From the NCBI GenBank assembly GCA_964567125.1, contig CAZMLC010000001.1, positions 1 to 59,477 on the forward strand: 59,477 nucleotides of DNA, in the 5' to 3' direction. The stretch comes from an uncultured Akkermansia sp. GTDB taxonomy: Bacteria > Verrucomicrobiota > Kiritimatiellia > RFP12 > UBA1067. Every line of letters begins with the position of its first letter. The stretch's first letter is position 1. The translations under genes and the position numbers were made by a program. The notes under the pieces are model-generated. The model was not told the origin of the DNA and did no database searches. It saw only the letters and a program-made list of their open reading frames with translations. Below, one piece after another: positions 28,343-36,880 of this stretch.

Positions 28343-29677
28343 TTACCGAAAAGAGAGGCCCTTCTTTAAATCTGCAGCATCGAGAGCATAGGCGGGATCG
28401 ATTTCAATCGGCAACGCAACCGGCACCTGCACGCCTGAGGCCGCAAGCCAGCGCCGCCATTTGGCCTGTAAATCGGCTTTGCACGTTGCCGGCGAATCGA
28501 CACCTTCCGCGTTTTTCACAGGCGAAAACTCATCGGCACGGTCAAAGGCCAGATTAACCACCGTCTTGGCATCCGGCATCACATCGAAAATAAACTTTTC
28601 AAACTTGTAGCCATTATTTGTTGTCGGCTTCACAACAGTACCGCTGGCATCACAGACCGGGATCTTTTTATGCGCCACATGCAGCGGCATCGGACGATGC
28701 GCTTCCGCCTTCAAGAAGGCATATGAAAAGAGGTGGATTGCCACGCTGCCGTATTTGAAATAGAGATCGCCTGACGCGGTTGTACGTGTAGCCTGCTCGC
28801 GGGTCAGTTCCGTATACTCGATCATGGTCGATAAACCGTCGCGTACAGCCACGACGCCCAGCCCCTCGAACGGGTCGCGCTTGGCGCAGAGCTTCAGCGA
28901 GATATCGGCATTCCGCGCAACGTGTAACCCGACAAAGGCCGGGTCGCCGATTTCGATCATCGGATTGTCCACTTGGAAATAAAACACGGTATTGATGCCG
29001 CGCGCCTCCATGTCGGATAAGCACCCGTTCGTCGCCAGCGCGGAGAGCGTACCGCCGTGACCATCCGGACTCATGAAGATATGGCCCGGCTGATCCAGGA
29101 TGATCTGTCCTTCGGCGTCAAGTGCTGGCCATACGCCCTGACGGAAAAGGATCACATCCTCCTTGGGCAAACCGAAATAATCATTGGCTTCAAAATGCGC
29201 GCGCGTCGCCGTATCGTTCACATCGCTCGTCATGATGTAAAAAGGTACGCGTACGCCGTAGCGGTGATTCAAGCCCACGATCTTGCGCGCATGAAAATAG
29301 AAGAGCGACTGACCACTGACAGGTCCAATGGAATATGCGCCTTTCGGGCCATCATAGCCGAGACGCGAGCCCTGACCGCCAGCCACGACCAGAACAGCGA
29401 CTTTACCCGCACGCAGCTCCACTTCACCGGCGCGAATCGCCTCCGCCTTGGCAGCATCGGTCCATTCAACGACCTCCGGCGCACACGGATCACCCGCGAC
29501 GACAGCTTCCGACCTATCGACCAGCATCTGCTGCATCCGCCGGATACTCGCGAAGTCCAACCCCGCGATCTGCGCCAGCAGCGCGGTCTGCTCAGCACCA
29601 TTCAACTTTTCCCAGAAGCGCAGAACCTGCATCTGGTTATTCTCTGTCAACACCTTGACCGCTTCGTGATACGTCAT
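28343..29677 (-). CDS. UDPGP-family nucleotide-sugar pyrophosphorylase (eukaryote-type UDP-N-acetylhexosamine/UDP-sugar pyrophosphorylase)
   Basis: 444 aa. VLVVAGGQGSRLGYDGPKG, SPDGHGG and KFEKFIFD motifs. Confidence 0.75.
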   Translation of the reverse strand: MTYHEAVKVLTENNQMQVLRFWEKLNGAEQTALLAQIAGLDFASIRRMQQMLVDRSEAVVAGDPCAPEVVEWTDAAKAEAIRAGEVELRAGKVAVLVVAGGQGSRLGYDGPKGAYSIGPVSGQSLFYFHARKIVGLNHRYGVRVPFYIMTSDVNDTATRAHFEANDYFGLPKEDVILFRQGVWPALDAEGQIILDQPGHIFMSPDGHGGTLSALATNGCLSDMEARGINTVFYFQVDNPMIEIGDPAFVGLHVARNADISLKLCAKRDPFEGLGVVAVRDGLSTMIEYTELTREQATRTTASGDLYFKYGSVAIHLFSYAFLKAEAHRPMPLHVAHKKIPVCDASGTVVKPTTNNGYKFEKFIFDVMPDAKTVVNLAFDRADEFSPVKNAEGVDSPATCKADLQAKWRRWLAASGVQVPVALPIEIDPAYALDAADLKKGLSFR

Positions 29678-29691
29678 TCGCTTCTCTCCGA

Positions 29692-30813
29692 TTACGCCTT
29701 GACTGCGTTTTGCTTTAAATAGGCTTCGATAAAGGGTTGGATATGGCCGTCCATCACCGCCGCGACGTTCGACGTCTGTTCGTCGGTGCGGTGATCCTTC
29801 ACCATCGTGTAGGGCTGGAACACGTAGGAGCGGATCTGACTGCCCCAGGCGATCTCGCCCTTTTCGCCGTAAAAACGCTCCATCTCTTTGCGCTGACGAT
29901 CCTCGTACAATTCGTACAGCTTCGCCTTCAACATGCTCATCGCCTTCGCGCGGTTCTTGTGTTGAGAACGTTCAGACTGGACAGCCACAACAAGGCCTGT
30001 CGGCAGATGCGTCAAGCGCACCGCAGAGTCGGTCTTGTTTACGTGCTGACCGCCTGCGCCGCCAGAGCGATAGGTGTCGACGCGCAGATCTTCTTCCTTG
30101 ATCTCAACTTCGATATCATCCGCCAATTCAGCAACCACATCGACTGAGGAAAACGAGGTATGCCGCCGCTTGTTCGCATCGAACGGGCTGATACGCACCA
30201 GACGATGGACACCGCGTTCAGCCTTGAGATAGCCATAGGCATACGCACCGGCAATCAAAAGGGTGACTGATTTTAAACCCGCTTCTTCGCCGGGCTGTTC
30301 ATCGAGCATTTCGACCGTGAACCCATTATCTTCCGCATACATCCGGTACATGCGGTAGAGCATATCCGCCCAGTCGCACGATTCCGTTCCGCCTGCGCCT
30401 GAATGGATCGTCACATAAGCACCGCATGCATCCAGCTTACCACCCAGCAGCGACTGCAGGCGCAAACGCGAAAAAAGCACATCCGCCTTATCACAACTGT
30501 GGGCAACTTCCGCAAGTGCAGTTTGCCGCGCGGAGCCTTCTTCCTCGGCTTCGGACAATTCCAACATCACGCTGCAATCATCGATCAGACTGACCAGCTC
30601 GTCAAACGGACGCACAAAAGCGCGCTGCGCATTGGTCTTCGCAATGTTCTCTTTGGCCACATTCTGGTCGTTCCAGAAATCTGGCTTCGCAGCCTCATCT
30701 TCTAACTGCGCAAGGATAGCACGACGGTTTTCCACATCCAAGTAACCGCGCACTTCCTCCAGCGCCTCAGTCAATTTGCTGAATCTGCTTCTGATATCTT
30801 CAAGTTGAATCAC
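29692..30813 (-). CDS. prfB: Peptide chain release factor 2, encoded in a single frame (no +1 frameshift site)
   Basis: SPF-type region and GGQHVN (GGQ) motif. I propose a GTG start at 30813, with AGGA 8 nt upstream; the ORF-track TTG at 30858 adds an implausible 15 aa. The RGYLDVE region is continuous. Confidence 0.9.
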   Translation of the reverse strand: MIQLEDIRSRFSKLTEALEEVRGYLDVENRRAILAQLEDEAAKPDFWNDQNVAKENIAKTNAQRAFVRPFDELVSLIDDCSVMLELSEAEEEGSARQTALAEVAHSCDKADVLFSRLRLQSLLGGKLDACGAYVTIHSGAGGTESCDWADMLYRMYRMYAEDNGFTVEMLDEQPGEEAGLKSVTLLIAGAYAYGYLKAERGVHRLVRISPFDANKRRHTSFSSVDVVAELADDIEVEIKEEDLRVDTYRSGGAGGQHVNKTDSAVRLTHLPTGLVVAVQSERSQHKNRAKAMSMLKAKLYELYEDRQRKEMERFYGEKGEIAWGSQIRSYVFQPYTMVKDHRTDEQTSNVAAVMDGHIQPFIEAYLKQNAVKA

Positions 30814-30940
30814 AGCATCAATCCTGTATCGAGATGAATAAAAGTGATAAAATAGCAAACAAAGGGCCCTCTTCGCAAGTCTGCATCATTCTTAACACCA
30901 AAACGATTCGCCCGAAAAACCCCATGAACCATCGATTTGC

Positions 30941-30969
30941 TTTACACCAAGCACGTCGATTGGTAAGAT
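30941..30969 (+). promoter_or_regulatory. Candidate sigma70-like promoter for cbiM-like gene (TTTACA-17 nt-TAAGAT)
   Basis: Read directly. It leaves a leader of only ~25 nt before the aaggag SD and the ATG at 30999. Confidence 0.4.
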
Positions 30970-30998
30970 GTCGTCTATATTCAGATAAGGAGTTTAGT

Positions 30999-31916
30999 AT
31001 GCACATTCCACAATCGATGCTTCAGGGAGCAATTTGTCCAATCACAGCGGGACTGAGTATTTTCGGTATAGGTGCTGCGGGTTACGCCACTATCCTGGAT
31101 ACGAAGAAAATACGCGCCTCTTCGTTTGGCGCTGTCACCGCCTTGATTTTCATTCTGCAGATGCTTAATTTTCCCATTCAAGGCGGCACGTCCGGACATC
31201 TTCTGGGCGGTGTGCTGGCTTCGGCTCTTTTGGGAACCCCGCTTGGCGTTCTCGCCCTTACGCTTGTCGTCACCATCCAGGCGCTGGTTTTTTCGGACGG
31301 AGGCCTGACGGTACTGGGTGCGAATGTTTTGAACATGGCCATCATCGGCGCGGGGCTTGGCGGACTGATCTATGAATTCGGCTGCAAACGCGTTGCGACA
31401 CCGCTTGCGCGTCTTGCATGTCTAGGCATCGCAGCATGGTGTTCGGTGGTGTTGGCCGCCTTATCCGTCAGCGTGCAGCTGGCCGTCGATGGACAGATCG
31501 CATGGGCCACCGTGGTCCCTGCCATGCTTGGCACGCACGCGATCATTGGCATCGGAGAAACGATTATCACCCTGTTCTGCTATCACTTCGTGCACGCCTC
31601 GATCCACGGTTCTGCGGCTCAGCCAGGTCGTGTCGCGCCTGTGCTCGCAGCAAGCGTCATCGCACTGCTGTTCGCACCGTTTGCATCCATGTCTCCGGAT
31701 GGTCTGGAATGGGTCGCTGAAAAATATCAATTCCTGCATCAAGGCGCGCCTGCGTTTGTCGGTGCGATGCCGGATTATGTCTGTCCCTGGATCGCCCATG
31801 CGCCGGTCAGCACATGGGTGGCAGGCGCGGTGGGCATGGCTCTTTGCTTCAGTGCAGCGTGGATGGTATTCCGCGCATTGGGCCTCCTGCTGAAACGCGC
31901 GCCCGTCCGGATCTAA
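30999..31916 (+). CDS. cbiM: CbiM/NikM-type ECF metal-transport substrate component fused to a PDGLE (CbiN-like) domain
   Basis: The start MHIPQS keeps the Met1-His2 N-terminus that ligands the metal in NikM/CbiM. The protein is polytopic. The C-terminal SPDGLEWVAEKY is the PDGLE motif, followed by one further TM helix. Confidence 0.75.
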   Translation: MHIPQSMLQGAICPITAGLSIFGIGAAGYATILDTKKIRASSFGAVTALIFILQMLNFPIQGGTSGHLLGGVLASALLGTPLGVLALTLVVTIQALVFSDGGLTVLGANVLNMAIIGAGLGGLIYEFGCKRVATPLARLACLGIAAWCSVVLAALSVSVQLAVDGQIAWATVVPAMLGTHAIIGIGETIITLFCYHFVHASIHGSAAQPGRVAPVLAASVIALLFAPFASMSPDGLEWVAEKYQFLHQGAPAFVGAMPDYVCPWIAHAPVSTWVAGAVGMALCFSAAWMVFRALGLLLKRAPVRI

Positions 31917-31942
31917 TCCGCAGTATCCCCGATAATTTTCAA

Positions 31943-31979
31943 AACGATACGGATAAACTCCGTACCGTTTTTCTTTTTC
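31943..31979 (+). terminator. Rho-independent terminator after cbiM-like gene
   Basis: 10-bp stem AACGATACGG/CCGTACCGTT (one mismatch) with loop ataaact, followed by TTTTTCTTTTTC. Confidence 0.65.
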
Positions 31980-31999
31980 ATTTCACACAGGATCAAAAC

Positions 32000-32029
32000 T
32001 TGAACAGCCCCCAAAATCTGTGTTATAGT
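32000..32029 (+). promoter_or_regulatory. Candidate promoter for antiporter gene (TTGAAC-18 nt-TATAGT)
   Basis: Read directly. It overlaps the ORF-track GTG at 32028, which favours the ATG at 32052 as the start. Confidence 0.35.
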
Positions 32030-32051
32030 GCAACTATCTTGGAAATTACTT

Positions 32052-34271
32052 ATGGCCTATGTCCGACCGGTTTTAATCTTTTTTATTTCCTTTCTGGCGT
32101 CTTCGGTTTTCGCCAATGGGAAAAATGACGCAAGCACGGAACTTACGACACGGATGACGACGCTTGTCATCCAGCTGGGCGTCATTCTCTTTGCCGCGCG
32201 ACTGGGAAACATGCTCTTTGAACGCCTGAAGATGTCGGGCGTTCTGGGCGAACTCTGCGCGGGTATCTTGATCGGTCCCTACCTGCTTGGCGGCGTGCCC
32301 CTCTCGATCGCGGGTTTTGAAAAAGGGCTGTTCTATCTGCCGGAGGCCGTTCGCTGCGGCAGCAGTCCGATTTCTCCTGAACTGTACGGCATGTGTTCCG
32401 TTGCCTCGATCATCCTGCTCTTTCTCGTCGGCATCGAAACCGATCTCAAAATGTTTGTGCGCTATTCGATTGCCGGCAGTCTGGTCGGCATCTCCGGCGT
32501 TGTTTTCTCATTTTTGTTCGGTAACCTGTTGGGCGTCTGGCTGCTGCCGATTGTCATGCCTGGCGCGACGTTTACCGCCATGCATCCGGCCTGTATTTTT
32601 CTGGGGGTCATGTCCACGGCAACCTCCGTCAGCATTACCGCACGCATTCTTTCTGAACAGAAAAAACTCGACTCCCCCGAAGGCGTCACCACCCTTGCTG
32701 CCGCCGTCATTGACGACGTGCTGGGTATTATAATCCTTGCAATCGGCATGGGTATAGCCAGCGTCGAAGTGGCTGAGCACACGAGCAAATTGCGCTGGGA
32801 ATCCATTGCCATGATCGCGGTCAAGGCGATTGGCATCTGGCTCGGATCAACGATTATCGGCGTCATGGTTTCCAATAAATTCAGTTCCGGTCTGAAAAAG
32901 CTCGGCTCGAACACGGAAATCGCCATTCTCTCGCTAGGAGCCGCGTTGATCCTCGGCGGCCTATTTGAAGAGGCGCAGCTCGCCATGATCATCGGTGCCT
33001 ATGTTCTCGGACTGGCACTTTCGCGGACCGACCTCAGCCATATGATTCGTGAAAAATTGCACGGCGTCTATGTTTTCATGGTTCCTGTTTTCTTTGCGGT
33101 TATGGGCATGATGGTCAACGTCAAAATGTTGGCCTCGCGCGACATGCTCGTTTTCGGCCTGATCTACACGGCTGGCGCGATTTGCGCCAAACTCCTGGGC
33201 TGCGGATTGCCTGCATTCCTCTGTAACTTTAATTTCCGGGGCGCGCTGCGTATCGGCGTCGGCATGGTGCCGCGTGGCGAGGTCGCCTTGATCGTGGCCG
33301 GAACGGGACGCGCTTCGGGATTGCTGAACGATGAGGTCTTCGGTGTCGCCGTTTTGATGACCCTCATCACAACCGTCATCTCCCCGCCCTTGCTCGTCGC
33401 CGTCTACGGCAACAAGAAATCCGGGTTAACAGCAAAAGGGCAGGCCCTCCAGAAAAGCACAAGCGCGCCTTCGCTTGTGTACACGTTTCCCAACGCGGAA
33501 ATCGTCTCCATGTTGCTAGACAAGCTGCTGCTCTGCATGACCCGCGACGGATACTTCACGCACGCCTTAAATCGCGAAGAGGGTCTTTATCAGGCCCGCA
33601 AGGATGACATCGTCATCTCCATTACCATCACACCGACACAAATCCAGTTCGACTCCCCCTCTGACATGATCTCGATCATCCGCGTGATGATGATCGAAGT
33701 CGTCGCGGAATATGAACAGACAGTCCGTGAACTACGCAAGCTGCTCGACGATGAACGCCAAAGGCAGATCACACATCAGGAGCTGGTGCGTATCCGCAAG
33801 CATGAACAGATGGCGCGCTATTTATCGCCACAGACGATGCATGCTAACCTGAAAGGCACAACCAAAGAGGCGATTATCCGCGAGTTGCTCGCACTGATGA
33901 TCCATGCAAAAGTGCTGGATGCTGAAAATTGCGAAGCGACACTGCAGGCGGTTTTACATCGCGAAGAAGCGATGTCGACGGGCCTCGGACACGGTATCGC
34001 CTGTCCGCACGCGCGGACCGAGGGCGTAAAGCAACTGGTTGCCGCTCTCGGGATTGTGCGGCACGGTATTGATTTTAACACCATGGATCATCAGCCCGTC
34101 TATATCGTTTTGCTCACGCTTACGCCGCTCGACGCAGCTGGACCCTATATGTCCTTTCAGGCCGCAGCTTTGGCTGCGCTTCGCCATAAAGGCATGTTTG
34201 AAAACATGATGGACTGCACCACATCAAGTGCATTGTATCACACCCTTTGCGCACGCGGTGCAGAACAATAA
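32052..34271 (+). CDS. CPA2 (Kef-type) cation:proton antiporter fused to an unknown ~100-aa domain and a C-terminal PTS EIIA (fructose/nitrogen type) domain
   Basis: About 12 TM segments with GELCAGILIGP and GVMSTATSVSITARIL motifs. The C-terminal ~150 aa (KEAIIRELL...EEAMSTGLGHGIACPHAR...VYIVLLTLTP) match EIIA type 2, with the phosphorylatable His encoded at 34008-34010. Confidence 0.8.
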   Translation: MAYVRPVLIFFISFLASSVFANGKNDASTELTTRMTTLVIQLGVILFAARLGNMLFERLKMSGVLGELCAGILIGPYLLGGVPLSIAGFEKGLFYLPEAVRCGSSPISPELYGMCSVASIILLFLVGIETDLKMFVRYSIAGSLVGISGVVFSFLFGNLLGVWLLPIVMPGATFTAMHPACIFLGVMSTATSVSITARILSEQKKLDSPEGVTTLAAAVIDDVLGIIILAIGMGIASVEVAEHTSKLRWESIAMIAVKAIGIWLGSTIIGVMVSNKFSSGLKKLGSNTEIAILSLGAALILGGLFEEAQLAMIIGAYVLGLALSRTDLSHMIREKLHGVYVFMVPVFFAVMGMMVNVKMLASRDMLVFGLIYTAGAICAKLLGCGLPAFLCNFNFRGALRIGVGMVPRGEVALIVAGTGRASGLLNDEVFGVAVLMTLITTVISPPLLVAVYGNKKSGLTAKGQALQKSTSAPSLVYTFPNAEIVSMLLDKLLLCMTRDGYFTHALNREEGLYQARKDDIVISITITPTQIQFDSPSDMISIIRVMMIEVVAEYEQTVRELRKLLDDERQRQITHQELVRIRKHEQMARYLSPQTMHANLKGTTKEAIIRELLALMIHAKVLDAENCEATLQAVLHREEAMSTGLGHGIACPHARTEGVKQLVAALGIVRHGIDFNTMDHQPVYIVLLTLTPLDAAGPYMSFQAAALAALRHKGMFENMMDCTTSSALYHTLCARGAEQ

Positions 34272-34300
34272 AACCATTTTAATCAGGAGATTACGACGTC

Positions 34301-34699
34301 ATGAACCACCCCGTTCCTGCTGCGGATAATATGGGCATACGCCAAGAAGGCGAGGCGATGGTGATTCCGCTCGACCGCAACATCAATGACAAAGGGTGTC
34401 TCTTTGCCGGATCGATTTTTTCCGGCGCAACGCTCGCGGGTTACCGTCTCGCGGAGAAACTGGTTGCCGCGCAGAACCTTTCCGGTGAACTTGTCGCCAA
34501 GGAAGCCTCTATTTCCTACCTGAAGCGCATTGTGTCCGACGGGTATGCCAGACCGACGCCCGTAACGCCGCTTACGCGCAAGCCCAACAACAACTACACG
34601 GTCTCCATGCGCATCGACATCTTTGACAGTCAGCATCTGCTCTGTGCGCAACTCACAACAGAATACATTCTCGTGACACCGCGATCGCCTGCACACTAG
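34301..34699 (+). CDS. Small hot-dog-fold thioesterase-like protein (YiiD C-terminal-domain-like)
   Basis: 132 aa with an aggag SD. NINDKGCLFAGSIFSGATLAGY resembles PF09500. Confidence 0.5.
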   Translation: MNHPVPAADNMGIRQEGEAMVIPLDRNINDKGCLFAGSIFSGATLAGYRLAEKLVAAQNLSGELVAKEASISYLKRIVSDGYARPTPVTPLTRKPNNNYTVSMRIDIFDSQHLLCAQLTTEYILVTPRSPAH

Positions 34700-34722
34700 G
34701 GCTGCGATTTTTAACACGACGG

Positions 34723-35679
34723 ATGAGCACCATGCAACGGACCACACAGACAACAGTTCCCGATGAGGCTAAAGGCGTTAGCCTCATCGATTACCTTGTC
34801 GCACGGTTCACATATCATTCCCGCGATACATGGCTGAGCCATATTGCACAGCGCCGCCTGCTGCTCAACCATGCAGCAACGACTCCTGAAACGCGACTCG
34901 CCGCAAACGATCAGATTACGTATTGCGTGCCCGACCTGCCGGAGCCACCGGTCGATATTGACTATACAATCATTTTCGAGGACGCTGACCTGCTGGTGAT
35001 CAACAAACCCGGCAACCTCCCCTGCCATCCTGCTGGGCGCTACTTCAACCACACCCTCTGGGCGCTGCTCAAGCAAGCGGGGTACGGCGAAGAGGCCCTA
35101 CACCTCGTACATCGACTCGATCGTGAAACGTCGGGCCTTGTCGTGATCGCGAAAACCAGTGCTGCGGCAACAGCATTGAGCCAGCAATTTTCAATGCGCA
35201 CGCTCGACAAGACCTACATTGTTTTTGTTGAAGGCGCGTTTCCGCCAGCCTACATCGCGCGCGGGAAACTGGAAAATGATCCGCACTCGCCCGTACGCAA
35301 AAAGCGATGCTTTGTAGAAAAGCAAACCGAGGCTGACACCGTGACCTGTGAAACACAGTTTACCTGCCTGCATACGGTAGCGGGCATGAGCAAGCTTGTG
35401 GCTTACCCCAAGACCGGGCAACTGCACCAGATCCGCGCCACCCTCTGTTCGCTTGGCTACCCGGTCGTCGGCGATAAACTGTACGGCGTGGACGAGCGCT
35501 ATTTTCTCGATTTTCTGAACGACGCGATTCCCCCCGCAGCGTGGCAGCGCTTACGGCTGCCACGGCAGGCTCTGCATGCATACCGGTTACACATCCGCCA
35601 TCCGACGACACGCGCCTGGATGGAGTTTGAAGCACCGCTCCCCTGCGACATGGCCAACCTGTTTAACCAGAATTTGTAA
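34723..35679 (+). CDS. RluA-family 23S rRNA/tRNA pseudouridine synthase with N-terminal S4-like domain
   Basis: HRLDRETSGLVVIAK (catalytic Asp), YIVFVEG and HQIRATL motifs. Confidence 0.85.
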   Translation: MSTMQRTTQTTVPDEAKGVSLIDYLVARFTYHSRDTWLSHIAQRRLLLNHAATTPETRLAANDQITYCVPDLPEPPVDIDYTIIFEDADLLVINKPGNLPCHPAGRYFNHTLWALLKQAGYGEEALHLVHRLDRETSGLVVIAKTSAAATALSQQFSMRTLDKTYIVFVEGAFPPAYIARGKLENDPHSPVRKKRCFVEKQTEADTVTCETQFTCLHTVAGMSKLVAYPKTGQLHQIRATLCSLGYPVVGDKLYGVDERYFLDFLNDAIPPAAWQRLRLPRQALHAYRLHIRHPTTRAWMEFEAPLPCDMANLFNQNL

Positions 35680-35773
35680 AAGAATCGTACTGACAAAAGC
35701 GCGAAGAAGCGTTATTGTAAATTAAATTAATTCGTTTCGTTGGAATGATCCAACGCTTCAAAAAAGGAAAGCT

Positions 35774-36322
35774 ATGAAAAAATCCTGCTCGTATATCGGA
35801 TACACGCTCCTCTCGCTCATGTCCATCCTTACGGTTCAGGCCGGAACAGACAATCCGCCTGCAACAGCAACCACGGCCATTGATTGCAAAGAGGGCATCC
35901 GCAGGAGAACCGCAGAAGACCGCAAGACCTACACGCTCGATCAGTTGCGCGAAATTGAACAGCTCTATCAAGTGGCCAACAGGCAATGGCGCACTCCCGA
36001 AGCCAAAGAGAGCCTGAAAACACTGATTGCCAAATATCCGAAAGCCAATCGCACGGGGTGTGCGCTTCTCTATATGGGACAGATGTCGCGCGACGAGGAA
36101 AAGGAAAATTATTTAAAACAGGCGATCAAGGATTTCGGCGACTGCTTCTATGGCGACGGCGTCCAAGTCGGGGCCTATGCACGCTATCATCTGGGCTACT
36201 ATTATCAGTCAACCGGAAAACCGAAAGAGGCGAAACAGCTTTTCGATGAGATTCGCAAGGATTATCCCACTGCGGTCACGCACAAAGGGAAATCGCTCAT
36301 CGAGTGCCTGCCAAAAGAGTAG
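35774..36322 (+). CDS. Secreted TPR/YbgF-like repeat protein (hypothetical)
   Basis: 182 aa with a signal peptide. The C-terminal half carries TPR-like GAYARYHLGYYYQSTGKPKEAKQLFDEIRKDYP. Confidence 0.45.
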   Translation: MKKSCSYIGYTLLSLMSILTVQAGTDNPPATATTAIDCKEGIRRRTAEDRKTYTLDQLREIEQLYQVANRQWRTPEAKESLKTLIAKYPKANRTGCALLYMGQMSRDEEKENYLKQAIKDFGDCFYGDGVQVGAYARYHLGYYYQSTGKPKEAKQLFDEIRKDYPTAVTHKGKSLIECLPKE

Positions 36323-36329
36323 TCGAACC

Positions 36330-36833
36330 ATGAACTATACGTTTCAGCCACTCATCGAGGCGGACCGTAAAGACATCATCGATCTGTTCAATCACTATGT
36401 TACGCATTCGTTTGCGGCCTATCCGGGAAAACCGCTGACGTATGCGATGTTCGACCATTTTCTGCTGCTGGCTAAAAGCTATCCGGTCCTGACCATGAAG
36501 GCGCAGGCCGGCGACTTGATCGGATTTGGGCTGTTACGTCCGCACCAACCCATGGAAACGTTTGCGCACACAGCGGAAATTGCCTATTTTCTCCATCCCG
36601 ATCAGACGGGCAAAGGACATGGCAAGGCGCTCCTTGACCAGCTGGAGGATGAAGCGCGTAAGCGACACATCACCACCTTGCTAGCGACAATCTCTTCGCT
36701 CAACCCCGAGAGTCTTCGCTTCCATCTTAAACACGGATTTTCCGAGTGTGGTCGCCTCTCCGGCGTCGGCAAGAAAAACGGACGTTATTTTGACACCGTC
36801 TGGATGCAGAAAAAACTACAGCCTTCGACATAA
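36330..36833 (+). CDS. GNAT-family N-acetyltransferase (phosphinothricin acetyltransferase-like)
   Basis: I chose the ATG at 36330; the ORF-track start at 36150 overlaps the upstream gene. Q/RxxGxG-type motif DQTGKGHGKALL, and C-terminal LHLKHGFSECGRL..VGKKNGRYFDTVWMQ. Confidence 0.75.
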   Translation: MNYTFQPLIEADRKDIIDLFNHYVTHSFAAYPGKPLTYAMFDHFLLLAKSYPVLTMKAQAGDLIGFGLLRPHQPMETFAHTAEIAYFLHPDQTGKGHGKALLDQLEDEARKRHITTLLATISSLNPESLRFHLKHGFSECGRLSGVGKKNGRYFDTVWMQKKLQPST

Positions 36834-36867
36834 AAAAAGCCACGCACGTTTTCGTGCGCGGCTTTCT
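36832..36867. terminator. Bidirectional rho-independent terminator between GNAT gene and proB
   Basis: A7 tract, then an 11-bp stem AGCCACGCACG/CGTGCGCGGCT (one mismatch) with loop tttt, then TTCT. Confidence 0.55.
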
Positions 36868-36880
36868 ATCTGAAAATCCA

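Noticed and set aside
30834-30998. 5' extension of the cbiM-like ORF (ORF-track start 30834), and a cobalamin or Ni/Co riboswitch in the 185-bp spacer
   Set aside because: The extension lacks any CbiM similarity and would bury the metal-liganding Met1-His2 N-terminus. I found no B12-box-like or NiCo-like conserved core. The predicted promoter leaves only ~25 nt of leader.
32028-32051. GTG at 32028 as the antiporter start
   Set aside because: It lies inside the predicted -10 element. The ATG at 32052 gives a normal signal/TM-like N-terminus. This remains uncertain.
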